From a virus: a DNA stretch of 64,000 nt. The translations under genes and the position numbers were made by a program. Of this stretch, positions 27,901-37,095 are shown piece after piece (the first letter of the stretch is position 1; each line of letters starts with the position of its first letter). Where the stretch lies: IMG/VR virus record IMGVR_UViG_3300009506_000002, positions 32,001 through 96,000 of that record; one strand, 5' to 3'. The notes under the pieces were generated by a model that saw nothing but the letters and a program-made list of their open reading frames with translations, had not been told where the DNA came from and ran no database searches.

Positions 27901-29244
27901 ATGCTTGTTCGGAATCTTCAGAATACGCTCTGTGCCAGTGTCAACCGGTGATACGTCGAATGACGCCTTCTTTGAAACGTCAACGTCGTTGTAGATCTGG
28001 AAAGCGTTGTCTGAGAATGTGGTTGCACCAGATGACGCAAAGTTCTGAGCGTTCAGAACAGATTCAAGTGATACGATGTTCGCATTGCCTTGCTGTACGA
28101 TAACGCGTCCAATCAGAACGCCAAGGTAATCGAGTGGCGATGGAAGATTCTGTGGTGGGGTTGCAGTTGCAGCCTCAGCCTGAGTTGCATATTCTGCATC
28201 GCCGTAGATTGTGTACAGAGTGGTCTTGTTTGAACCAATCTTGAGGTACAGCCAGTCCGTCTTGTAGTAGGTGGCTGTCATTGCAGCAAGACCTACACCG
28301 AAGTTATTGTACTGGGTGTTGTCGAACTTGTAGCCAGCGTTTTCCTTCCAAGTACCGTCGTTGTAGTAATACTCGAACGAAGCGGTAGTGGTTTCCCACG
28401 AAGCAGACGCAGTTGATGTGCCTAGGGTTCTGTCTAGAACCATCGTGTCATTTGTGCTTGTGGTAGTCGCGAACGAAGCGACCTTAGCGTGCTGGCCGTT
28501 GGTGATGTCCCACACATCGTCACCTACTGAAATACCAAGAACAACAAGGTCTCGGCTTGCAGAGTCGATGATTTGAGTTGTAGTTGAGGCAGCAGTAGCA
28601 GTACCGCTCTGATCAAGAACGGTGCTCTGTGATGGTGTCAGGTATTCACCTACACCGTAGTAGAATTCACCGCCAGTGATAGAGAAGCGGAGCGGAGATG
28701 GCTCACCAATCTGCGCGCCAGTTGCGCGCTTGAAGCCGTCAGTATCGCGCAGTCTGTGAGTGATACGGCGCTCGAAGTCGCCTGACTCGCCAGCAATCTG
28801 CAGGATGGTCAGCTTCACACCGTTCTTCTGAACGATGGCGATCATTGCGCGGTCTCGGTCATTTACGTCACTCTTGATTGTGGTTGCCACAATCTGAGGA
28901 GTACCTGAGTTGTAGTCGGCGTAGACGAAGTTGGTTGTCTGATCAGTCAGCGCCAGTGATGCAACCGCAGCAAAGCCAACCGAGCGAATCGGTGCAGATA
29001 GTGAGTTGCTCTCACGTAGCAGTGCCTCACCAGAAGTGAGGGCGATAGTGCCGTCGCCGTTGTCAGAGACCGTACAACCAATGTGGACACCAGCCGATTC
29101 GGTGATGTTGAACGTTTCAACACGGGTGCCCAACGTTACAACGGTACCGGTGGTAGGCATGTTGAAGACATTGATCAGATCATTAGTGATCAGTCTCCAT
29201 GTCTTAAAGGTGTCTGTTCCAAGAACGGTTTGAATCTGTGCCAT
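24967..29244 (-). CDS. Tail fibre / receptor-binding protein
   Basis: N-terminal TDTFKTWRLITN anchor, knob-like DWNNYVNTGFY..WQAWVRI, 10-residue IAxGAVTxxK repeats, aromatic tip. Confidence 0.8.
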   Translation of the reverse strand: MAQIQTVLGTDTFKTWRLITNDLINVFNMPTTGTVVTLGTRVETFNITESAGVHIGCTVSDNGDGTIALTSGEALLRESNSLSAPIRSVGFAAVASLALTDQTTNFVYADYNSGTPQIVATTIKSDVNDRDRAMIAIVQKNGVKLTILQIAGESGDFERRITHRLRDTDGFKRATGAQIGEPSPLRFSITGGEFYYGVGEYLTPSQSTVLDQSGTATAASTTTQIIDSASRDLVVLGISVGDDVWDITNGQHAKVASFATTTSTNDTMVLDRTLGTSTASASWETTTASFEYYYNDGTWKENAGYKFDNTQYNNFGVGLAAMTATYYKTDWLYLKIGSNKTTLYTIYGDAEYATQAEAATATPPQNLPSPLDYLGVLIGRVIVQQGNANIVSLESVLNAQNFASSGATTFSDNAFQIYNDVDVSKKASFDVSPVDTGTERILKIPNKHGTIAVLDDIEKQHDEPKLFSSMGALSRRVIPYNMTVVYGTFEDDTSIVVNGQTVLSGLPDDSVGEMVLSAGDIVSSNKPIALKDKLDGNVVPALIAAAEHFWFYSDRSAPHEVTIYAPEQDIDVIYSTDTNFAVSENVWDPAVSGGGETNVIHVPKGKTKSVFVQYDPASTPGVSPPSANASEIGHHYFHSNGPMVISKEGAAADNMCVYPMSREILIPWSGLAAEQAVSFTGLTPTHVGNGYYVCDDVMQAFANDDGVGSSGHTGIPYTMCGDSYMFEHDIAGFQILAIEPCDIRVFCADNLYADIDLTAASRTNPVYHAVGNNASGAPSVASLFPTVGYVDFDTSTATGTFVDDETITQAVTGATAVIKEVYPNRLVLTSISGSFDTVNVVTGGTSGATCTLTKAPYRMWKFYGTKPFALRTNDPNDMEYIQLGYRKSLRQDAFDNTAQLDKNIHLQEDFIHERADWITNFDDDMDFKWDNVSGSGAVSYPRSPTVAGSSAWGVREVTGYRADVYKTKIPFNPHQLYKVTARVRATALDSAGQAVIYMGFAGWDRDYNYCNTAGANSPANQYYVLANGRDLATDGLNTWVELVAYFKGYGAYVPNATDPEAPSGVHDNVKFFRPFMHVNYPTGGDGSGTIQLDYFKIEDADYIERDIVEANTRSANDTTLQSNIDTVVSDLAAHDVPANHQILLTTEGAVNGEAIFATGDWNNYVNTGFYRGNDLLNAPALAGAHWWRFVTVIRHSSTYVIQKMTDFNNAASWSRVLLAGVWQAWVRIDANAIGGSQIAANSIGASHIIDGSIGTAELGAGVVGAANIADLNVTSAKIANGAVVTNKIAAGAITTDKISGPVSGTAYNLLYYGPDYRKNTAIAWQTVATWYYAGSNGQVQARCYQAFQQASTTYTRLLHNGVNVAQVTNTTGWSAWAVRDVANGDSFQLQAYGYGPYYNYTYNTTSYYHCYAQVACSGPVGYSVS

Positions 29245-29250
29245 TTATTC

Positions 29251-29508
29251 TTAATCCTTAGCCGCTGGCTTTGTTGCCTTCTTCTGCGATGCCTTCACTT
29301 GCGCTTGGAGGTCTTCTACTGTGCGCGTCAAAATTGCGACCTGACGCTCCAGAGCAATGAGGCGATTTTCCTGAGCAGCCTGCTTCTTGACTTGCTGCTT
29401 TCGCTGCTTGGCTTGCAAATATTTATTGTGATCTGTAGAAACTAAGGCGCCCGATTTTGGATCGCGCGCCAAAGCTCTACCTTCTACTGGAATGAGGTCA
29501 GGTCTCAT
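29251..29508 (-). CDS. Small conserved virion-module protein
   Basis: VEGRALARDPKSGALV plus coiled coil; follows the large baseplate protein. Confidence 0.65.
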   Translation of the reverse strand: MRPDLIPVEGRALARDPKSGALVSTDHNKYLQAKQRKQQVKKQAAQENRLIALERQVAILTRTVEDLQAQVKASQKKATKPAAKD

Positions 29509-29518
29509 TTACACCCCC

Positions 29519-32500
29519 TTAGATGACTGCAATTGCTCGGAAGTTGGTGATCTTTGGAATGTCGACCACTGACAAACCACGCATTTCGACCTTGATCGCG
29601 AATGTGTTGAACTCTTCGTTCGCGTTTTCATCAGGAACGTAGGTGTACTCACCAACGCCCTGCAGGTCGATAGTTGGGGTCTTCTCCAGCTTCATTGGTC
29701 TCCAAACAATCGCATCCTCTTCAACCAGAACGTCGTTGGTGAACACGCCAGGAACCTGTGACCAGTCGGTGCCGTTCTTGGTTGGCTCTGCGGTTGTTGC
29801 AGAAGTTACGTTGCTCTTCCACAGCAGGTCCTTATGCTTGACAAGGTCGCCTACTGTACGTGCTGTACCTGACTCCCAAACAGAGTCGATGTGGTCAGCC
29901 GCTGGCAGCGCGCCAACGTACTCGGTTGTGAGCAGAACGCTGTTCGCACCGTTAGGGAAGATGGTGACATTAGAGATTGCCTTCAGGTAAACCTTACCAG
30001 TGTCATCAATCTTGGTTACGACTGCCTGCGCAGGCTCTGTTCCGCCAGTTGGTGAAACAAAGTTCTGGAACTCACCGGTACCAGCAGTCAGGTAGTAAAC
30101 AAACACTTCCTGACCTACAACGATCTGCTCCAGACCAGCGTAAGCGCTCGTTGGAACTAGCCATTCTGCAGCGCCAGCCTGTGACTCGGTGACGTACTTA
30201 GGCACGTAGGCAGTTGATGAGTAGAACACGTTGAAGAATGCGTTCTGTGGTGTGTACGCATCAAAGATGACACGCAGGTCATCTGCCGGGTTGATGATCT
30301 CAACTGGGATGGTTACGTAGGTACCCAGATCGCGGTCTTCAGCCGCTGAACCCGGCATGTTGACGTTTGCAGTAACGCCAGATGACACGTTACCAGTGAT
30401 CTGCTCGTTGTTCTGGAATGCAATGTCATTGTGCCATGCCAGAGTGAGAACAGTTCCGTCATCAGCAACAAGAACGCCGGTTGCGCCAGATGTTCCGCCA
30501 GTGATTGTCTCACCAATGATGAACACGCCGCCAGCCAAAGTATCGTAAGGAATCAGCTTACGGTCAGAGTTGTTCACCATCGTTACGCTAGAGCGCTCGA
30601 GTGAAATCACAGGTGAGATGTTGCTGTCAGTGGACGCAATGGTCATCTTCACATCTAGTGGGCTGGTGTCTGAGTCGACTGTCTTACGGACATTTGTGTT
30701 GATGTTTGTGCTGTTCTCGAAGCTGGTGTATGCCGCGTCACCGGTGAACTTGTATTCTGCGGTGATTGTGGTATCATTCAGCGCAAGCGCATCAATGCCG
30801 AAGTTGACTGTTGTTGCCTTTGCATTGACCTCAAGCGGAGTTGTGTATTCCACAGAGTTTGCAGTAGCAACCGACGCGCTGCTCTGACCTGTCAGTCCTT
30901 CGCCATTCTGGAACGCAATTGCGTTGCGAGTGCTGAAAGTCAGCGCTGTACCGCTGTCGTTGATGACCACACCGGTTGCACCTGAGGTGTCACCGACCAC
31001 GGTTTCACCTAGCTCGAATGAGTTAGATGGGCTTGTGTAATCAATGAACGAAGCCTTAGTGGTCAGGTCGTAGATACCTGGAGCAGCGGTGTCGAATACA
31101 CATTGCTTGATCTTGAACTTGATGTCTGAGTTCTGGTCAGCAGTCCAAGTAGATGCATTCTGTGAGGTGAACATTACACCTGCGTATGGCTGCTCGGCAA
31201 TACCCTTACCGTCAATCAGGTCAACTGCACCCATCTCTGCGCGGAACACTTTGTAGTTGGTGCTGTTCGTCATGACGACAAACGCATACTCGGTGCCTTC
31301 CTGTAGGTAAACAGGGTCAGAGAAGTCGAACACAGTTGCAGCCGAACCGTTGGTTGAAACGTTTACGTCGACTGGATTTACTGTTACTTTAGAGAATGGC
31401 AAGATTCTCTGAGTTGGGTATCCGTTCTCCATCTCAACGAGGTGGACTGAAACTGGCAGGCTTGCATCCTTTGTCTCAAAGTAGAGAGTGATGCTTGACA
31501 GGAACACGCCGTTCTTGCTTGGTGTGCTGACAAGGAATGACTGCGCAAGTGGGTCAGACCATGTGGTACGTACCCATGGAGTTGTTACAGTCTGGCTCTC
31601 AGAGACAGGTGTACGAGTGACCTTTGAACCGTAGATTGTGGTGATGGTAGCCTGATGTGTCTCAGTAATACCCTCAGCGGTGTAGGTCGCAGTTGCGCGT
31701 GAGATGTCCTCACCCAGCTCGTTGTCGTACAGCAAGAATTCCTTCGCGCCTACTGTGAATGTACCACCCGGGAGGTCGAAGTAGCCGACACATGAACCGA
31801 TGCTGTCTGTGGTCAAGTTGGTGCAGTATCCTGATACGTTCACACCGTCGAACTTAGCTGCCAAGCCGATACCTGGACGCATGTTGACCGCAGAGTACCA
31901 GATTCTACGCGCGCGCATGAATGGAATGACTTCGCGTGAAACGATCTTGTCTGAACGCTCGGTACGAACTGTAGGAATAACGTCAGTACGAACACCAGAA
32001 CGTGTCTGGTTAGAAACGTTGTTCCAAGTCAGTCGGCTGTAGCCGTGATCAGCACTGCCCCAAGGTACGGTAGTAGCCTGGACACCAGACCAAGTTGTCT
32101 GCCATGAGTTCCACTCGGTGAATGTCTGGCGTTCAACTGGCTCACCAATTGTCTTCTGCAATGTTGGCAGAGTGACGATGTCGACCCAGTAGTCGGTAGC
32201 TGGCTTGAGGTCAACTTCACCCAGCCACGAGAACACGGCGTATGGGTTGACGTTGATAGAGCTTGATGCCTTGCCCTGCGTGATGAAGTCAACAACGGTG
32301 TAGTCGAGCGTTACGCTGTTCTTGTGAATCTTGATATTCTTGTTGACTGGGTAGTTCGCATCGTACACGCGGTGAAGCGGTGCATTGTCGATTGTGAACG
32401 GGCAACGTACCAGATTCTTCTTCATGTCAAGCGTTGCGCGGAAGTCTGCGTGCTGTTCCTGTGAACCAGCCCAAGAGCTGAAATCGTCAACAAAGATACC

Positions 32501-35017
32501 GTGCTTGAACTTGGTCAGGCCGTTTGCATCAGTGATTGAGAGCTCGTCAGCCGCCTTCTCCAATGCGTTAAGAGAGGTGTAGTATTCCAGACCAGCAATA
32601 CGGGTCTCGAGTTCACCAATATCTCGCATTGTGTAGCGACGGTTGTCAACTGGGGTGATTCCGACATTCACGTCCTTGAATGTGTAAGGAGTGATGTTCA
32701 GAACAAACAGAGTCATCGCATCGTCGACGCCGTTTGGCTTGACAGGGTAACGTGATGGGATACCCTTCTTGACACCGAAGTTGCCTTTTGAGTCGATGTA
32801 GACGTTGTCAATTCGTGAAACGTAGTAGTCGTACTCCAAGGTCATTGGGGTTGTGCCAGAGACGATGATGTCAGTACCAGCGCCTACGTAGTCAGATAGC
32901 TTGCGACGGAAGTCGATGCAGTTACGCAGGTTGTACTCGGTCAGGCCATTCTCAGTCTTGTACTTGTAGATGACCTCATAATCTGGGTATGAGTTCGCAG
33001 CGAAGTATGAACCCAGCGGAGAAACACCGTGAGAGTAGTAGTTGTAGTTGACCTGATAGGTAACGCCAGATTTCAGGTTGCTTACGACACCCGGGCCATA
33101 GTAGTAATCGCGCTGGCCGTTGTCAAGTGTCACAATGTCAAGGTTGACAGGTGTTGCAGCGCCAGCAGGATCTTCGATGACCGAAGTCAGGCCAATAATG
33201 TCCTCATGGGTCAGTGTGATCTTACCGTTTGCATCAGCGGCAGTCTGTGTCTGTCCGACGGTGACCGCCTTGCTACGCGGGTTACCTGAGCCGTTGTTTC
33301 GACCGATCTTGACGACAACGTCGATTGTTTGACCAACCAGACCAGTCAGACCAGAACCTGAGATTGTTGCTGTGTCGTTTGAACCAGAGTTCGGAGCAGG
33401 TGTGGTGTAAGTCAGTGTTGAAAGGTCGATAGGAGTACCGTCCTGCTTAACAACCGCAACCAGGCCGCCCGCAGAAGCAGGTGTCCAAGTAGAGTCAGTG
33501 TCGTCAGCAGTCAGCACAACATCTGGTGTCGCTGAAACAGTCAGGCCAGTGTAGCTTCTCAGTACCTCAAAGGTTGACTGATTGAGAGTGATCTCCTTAA
33601 CGGCTACGCTTGAATCATCAACCGAGATGATTGGTGTGTTCTTGTTTTTGTTGCCGATAACTGGCAGGCCGTCTGCGTAGGTCTCAATGTTAGCCCATGA
33701 TCCTGATGAAGAACCAACGATTGAACGTGCTGAAACGAGGTAGTCTGTCTTACCTTCAGTGTCAGCCAAGAACACGCGCATTTCGCCAACGCTGTTTCGT
33801 GTGACGCAGGCGATTCGCATGGTGATTGGGTTTGAGTTTTTGTCGAGGATCTGAGTACCAGTTCCGCCAGCGCCAGTGTACAGGGTTACCTGCTCGTGGT
33901 GTGAAACGTCAAGCAGACCAGAGATGTCATCAAGGATACCATTCTGGGCGATGTCAACATAAGGACCGTACTCGACGTAACGGGTTACCTGATTCGCATG
34001 CTGGAAGTCACGACCCTTGTCAGTCTGAATTGTTGTCGACGCAATTTTCTCGTATTCGTAACCCAGGACATAGGCTTTACCCGGTTCGAGCGTTAGATCG
34101 AGTTTGGTGGCGTCTGAGCCATTAGTCTGGATGCGGATTGGGAAGTCGCGAACCGTGTAGTTACCTGACTCGTCATAGGTACGACGTGCCATTGTCTCGA
34201 GGATGTCTGCGTATTGTGGCTTGTCCTGATCAAGGATGATCTTGCCGTTCTTGGTGACAACCAGCGCAAAGAAGTTATCGTCAGCGTTGCCAATATCTGC
34301 ATCGGCGTACGATGAAAGCTCCAGCGTTACACGATAGCGGTCAGCACCTGGAGCGTTGAAGTTGAACGAGCCCTGAGCGGGGTCGAACAGTGTAGAGTCA
34401 TCAGATGAAGTTACGACATCCTCAACAATGGTGTAGCCGATGTGGTGGCTACCGGTGTTACCTTCAGCCTCAACAACGTGAGTCTGCTCGTTAACAATGA
34501 CGAAGTGACCATTTGAGTAGATGATGCCTGGCTCGCAGTTTGCGAATGTTGCTAGGCCAACTGAACCTGCGGTTACAGTAGCACGGAACGGAGTTGGGTC
34601 ATTAGTTGCGATGATGTCTGGTGTAACGTCATCAAACGAACCGCCCTTGTACTCAAAGTAGACGATCTTGTTGATTGTGTCAACATGAACAATCTCTGCG
34701 CTGGCATTTGATGTATCGCCAGTGATGGTCTTACCCAGGAAGTTGTTGAGGTCGATGTCAAGACCAGTGTCTGGGTCTAGTGCATCAACCTTGAGGAACG
34801 CGCGCTGGAAATTGACCTTGATGTTTGCGCCAAGGATCGGTGTGTTGTTTTTGAAGATGTGATTCGCAAACTTCGCGACTTGGTTCTGCAGCATTGTCTG
34901 CAGTTGGGTCAATTCACGCGCTTGAACCGCACGAGAAGGGTTGAACAGAACTCGGAGAAAGTTCTTCGCCTCTTCAAAGTCGTCGTAGTAAGGATCAGAA
35001 TTGTAAGAGTAAGCCAT
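29519..35017 (-). CDS. Large baseplate-associated structural protein (VrlC/DUF4815-like)
   Basis: PYYDDF..KNFLRVLFNP..AVQARELTQLQ, ARRTYDESGNY, DNRRYTMRDIG, DPLAQSF. Confidence 0.75.
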   Translation of the reverse strand: MAYSYNSDPYYDDFEEAKNFLRVLFNPSRAVQARELTQLQTMLQNQVAKFANHIFKNNTPILGANIKVNFQRAFLKVDALDPDTGLDIDLNNFLGKTITGDTSNASAEIVHVDTINKIVYFEYKGGSFDDVTPDIIATNDPTPFRATVTAGSVGLATFANCEPGIIYSNGHFVIVNEQTHVVEAEGNTGSHHIGYTIVEDVVTSSDDSTLFDPAQGSFNFNAPGADRYRVTLELSSYADADIGNADDNFFALVVTKNGKIILDQDKPQYADILETMARRTYDESGNYTVRDFPIRIQTNGSDATKLDLTLEPGKAYVLGYEYEKIASTTIQTDKGRDFQHANQVTRYVEYGPYVDIAQNGILDDISGLLDVSHHEQVTLYTGAGGTGTQILDKNSNPITMRIACVTRNSVGEMRVFLADTEGKTDYLVSARSIVGSSSGSWANIETYADGLPVIGNKNKNTPIISVDDSSVAVKEITLNQSTFEVLRSYTGLTVSATPDVVLTADDTDSTWTPASAGGLVAVVKQDGTPIDLSTLTYTTPAPNSGSNDTATISGSGLTGLVGQTIDVVVKIGRNNGSGNPRSKAVTVGQTQTAADANGKITLTHEDIIGLTSVIEDPAGAATPVNLDIVTLDNGQRDYYYGPGVVSNLKSGVTYQVNYNYYSHGVSPLGSYFAANSYPDYEVIYKYKTENGLTEYNLRNCIDFRRKLSDYVGAGTDIIVSGTTPMTLEYDYYVSRIDNVYIDSKGNFGVKKGIPSRYPVKPNGVDDAMTLFVLNITPYTFKDVNVGITPVDNRRYTMRDIGELETRIAGLEYYTSLNALEKAADELSITDANGLTKFKHGIFVDDFSSWAGSQEQHADFRATLDMKKNLVRCPFTIDNAPLHRVYDANYPVNKNIKIHKNSVTLDYTVVDFITQGKASSSINVNPYAVFSWLGEVDLKPATDYWVDIVTLPTLQKTIGEPVERQTFTEWNSWQTTWSGVQATTVPWGSADHGYSRLTWNNVSNQTRSGVRTDVIPTVRTERSDKIVSREVIPFMRARRIWYSAVNMRPGIGLAAKFDGVNVSGYCTNLTTDSIGSCVGYFDLPGGTFTVGAKEFLLYDNELGEDISRATATYTAEGITETHQATITTIYGSKVTRTPVSESQTVTTPWVRTTWSDPLAQSFLVSTPSKNGVFLSSITLYFETKDASLPVSVHLVEMENGYPTQRILPFSKVTVNPVDVNVSTNGSAATVFDFSDPVYLQEGTEYAFVVMTNSTNYKVFRAEMGAVDLIDGKGIAEQPYAGVMFTSQNASTWTADQNSDIKFKIKQCVFDTAAPGIYDLTTKASFIDYTSPSNSFELGETVVGDTSGATGVVINDSGTALTFSTRNAIAFQNGEGLTGQSSASVATANSVEYTTPLEVNAKATTVNFGIDALALNDTTITAEYKFTGDAAYTSFENSTNINTNVRKTVDSDTSPLDVKMTIASTDSNISPVISLERSSVTMVNNSDRKLIPYDTLAGGVFIIGETITGGTSGATGVLVADDGTVLTLAWHNDIAFQNNEQITGNVSSGVTANVNMPGSAAEDRDLGTYVTIPVEIINPADDLRVIFDAYTPQNAFFNVFYSSTAYVPKYVTESQAGAAEWLVPTSAYAGLEQIVVGQEVFVYYLTAGTGEFQNFVSPTGGTEPAQAVVTKIDDTGKVYLKAISNVTIFPNGANSVLLTTEYVGALPAADHIDSVWESGTARTVGDLVKHKDLLWKSNVTSATTAEPTKNGTDWSQVPGVFTNDVLVEEDAIVWRPMKLEKTPTIDLQGVGEYTYVPDENANEEFNTFAIKVEMRGLSVVDIPKITNFRAIAVI

Positions 35018-35034
35018 GCGCTATTTGTCCCTTC

Positions 35035-35850
35035 TTAGAATTCCAGAACAGACTTGATTTCTTCAAACTGTCCGGTATTACGTGTAATTGGTGGTCTGTG
35101 TTCCAGGTACAGCAGGTTACCGCTGTTTGCAGTCAGATCGGCTGCAAGATAGTTATCATTCGTGCAAACCGCTGGTACGAGGTCCTCAGGATTTTCAATC
35201 AGTGCGATCTTGCGGTAGGTGACGTCAACTGGAAGATCTGTATCCAGAATCTTCGAACGGACAATCACATACTTCGCATTGAGGCTGTGAACTGCATTTA
35301 TATCGCCATTTGAAATCTGAAGAGCAGATTCCTTCGTGCCCCAGTTGACTGGGAGCCAAGCGCTAGACAGCAGGTTTGTCTGGTCGTATGCTGAGAGATC
35401 ATACATGAAATCCCACAGATAGCCGTCACCGTAGTCTGTGCCTTGACCAGTGCCGTTCGGTTCAGTTGAAACAACGCCACCACCTGCGGTTGCACAGCGG
35501 TAAACGTAGTTGTTTGAAGCCAGAACATAAGTGTCCTGAACCCATGGGTTCTCGAGGATTGTATCCAGAGCGACGTAGGTGGCACCTGACGTCCAGTCGA
35601 TTCTGCGAATGGCAGGGCAGATATCAGTGATGGCAATACGGTGGATGCCAATAAGTTCGGACCAGAAGGATGTTTTCTCATCAAGGGCAGTCGTTGGGAT
35701 AGGAGGATTGACTTCATCGACCCACGCTGTCGTTCCCGAAATACCTACGAATAGGTAGTTGCTGACGCTCGGCACCGCGTCAAATTTGTCAATAAAGTTA
35801 AGCGCATCGACTACTCGAAGGCTGTCATGTACGATTGCTGAAGATGCCAT
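35035..35850 (-). CDS. gp8: Baseplate wedge protein
   Basis: RIDWTSG, YVYRC, GDGYLWDFMY, LYLEHRPPITR..Q.EEIK. Confidence 0.85.
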   Translation of the reverse strand: MASSAIVHDSLRVVDALNFIDKFDAVPSVSNYLFVGISGTTAWVDEVNPPIPTTALDEKTSFWSELIGIHRIAITDICPAIRRIDWTSGATYVALDTILENPWVQDTYVLASNNYVYRCATAGGGVVSTEPNGTGQGTDYGDGYLWDFMYDLSAYDQTNLLSSAWLPVNWGTKESALQISNGDINAVHSLNAKYVIVRSKILDTDLPVDVTYRKIALIENPEDLVPAVCTNDNYLAADLTANSGNLLYLEHRPPITRNTGQFEEIKSVLEF

Positions 35851-35877
35851 TTACAAATCCTCTGGAATTATTTTAAT

Positions 35878-35885
35878 TATTTATG
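35878..35885 (-). promoter_or_regulatory. Late promoter
   Basis: CATAAATA. Confidence 0.7.
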
Positions 35886-35889
35886 CGAG

Positions 35890-37092
35890 TTAGACGATAG
35901 TCACTTCGCTTGGGTTAGAGTACGGGAATGACACATTCGCATTCGTTGCAAAGATGTCAACTGCCAGCGCGTCAAAGTGTTCGGCCAAGAACAGAGCGTC
36001 AAACGGGCTAAGTTCGCGATAACGTTCAATGAAGGCGTACGTCCAAGCCGCTGCAATTGCGCTAGATACCCAGCTCTCCAGCCAAAGGTTGTCGTTTGGT
36101 TGCACAAGCGCGCCAGCGCCTTTCTCCCATGAAATCAGCCACTCTTTACCTACTGCGCGAGTGATTGCGCCAGCTTGCGAGAGCAGACCATCAAGGAAGT
36201 CAACCACGCCAAAGAAGATCGTACCCGCTGGGTGAACGTTCTTGCGGATTGTTCTCCAGTAGAAGTCTGATGACAAACCGCATCGTAGCTGGTAAGAATG
36301 CTCTTGGTAGTAGTAGTTGTCCTGCAGGTACTTGTTTGATGACAGGAAGCCATCAGTGTTCGTCCAGTTACCGTCCTTGGTGTCGATGATAGAAGCACCT
36401 GCAGTCGCAACCGCGGTCTTGATAGTAGGTGAGTTCTCATCGTGCAGGTAGCGCAGCGTCTCATTCTCAATGAAGGCGCCTACGTTCTCAGATACGATGA
36501 GTGCCAACACTGGCGGCAGTACCGGATTCAGTGGGTCATCATCTGGGTGAACTGCTTCTGTGATACCTTCAACGTATGCGGTGTCGCCGGATGAAAGTCC
36601 GATGATCTCCTTGAAGAGCCAGTCCGCAGCCAGTTCGTTGATGGTAGGGAAGGTGTCGTCATTCTTGATGACTGTCAGGTGGGTTGGCTTATGCCACTTA
36701 CCGTCCGAACAGCGCAGGATGTCAACTCGAGGGTAGTAGAACTCGATTGGTTCGTCAAAGATGGTACGGAACAGGAACTTGAACGAATTCTCATTACCTT
36801 TCTGCAGGAAGAACTCGCGGATGTGTTTGATGACCAGCTTGAGGTCAGCTCGCACGCTCTCAGGCATGTCTGGAGCGTATTCCTTTCTCCACTCTTCAGC
36901 GAAGTCGTTGATTGAGTTATCAATGTCTCGTGTGTAGACGATCTTGGTCAGCAAGTCATACGGGTTGCCTTCTTGCTCAAGGAACTCGAAATACTTGGTA
37001 ACAAAGGTGACGAATCCGGAGTGGTTTTCCTTGATGAAATCCGGAATCATTCGCTCTGCGAATATTGATAGTTTCTTACTTTCTGCTGTCAT
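35890..37092 (-). CDS. Baseplate wedge protein (gp7-like)
   Basis: KGNENSFKFLFR, LQDNYYYQEHSY, VHPAGTIFFG; between gp6 and gp8. Confidence 0.7.
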   Translation of the reverse strand: MTAESKKLSIFAERMIPDFIKENHSGFVTFVTKYFEFLEQEGNPYDLLTKIVYTRDIDNSINDFAEEWRKEYAPDMPESVRADLKLVIKHIREFFLQKGNENSFKFLFRTIFDEPIEFYYPRVDILRCSDGKWHKPTHLTVIKNDDTFPTINELAADWLFKEIIGLSSGDTAYVEGITEAVHPDDDPLNPVLPPVLALIVSENVGAFIENETLRYLHDENSPTIKTAVATAGASIIDTKDGNWTNTDGFLSSNKYLQDNYYYQEHSYQLRCGLSSDFYWRTIRKNVHPAGTIFFGVVDFLDGLLSQAGAITRAVGKEWLISWEKGAGALVQPNDNLWLESWVSSAIAAAWTYAFIERYRELSPFDALFLAEHFDALAVDIFATNANVSFPYSNPSEVTIV

Positions 37093-37095
37093 CTA

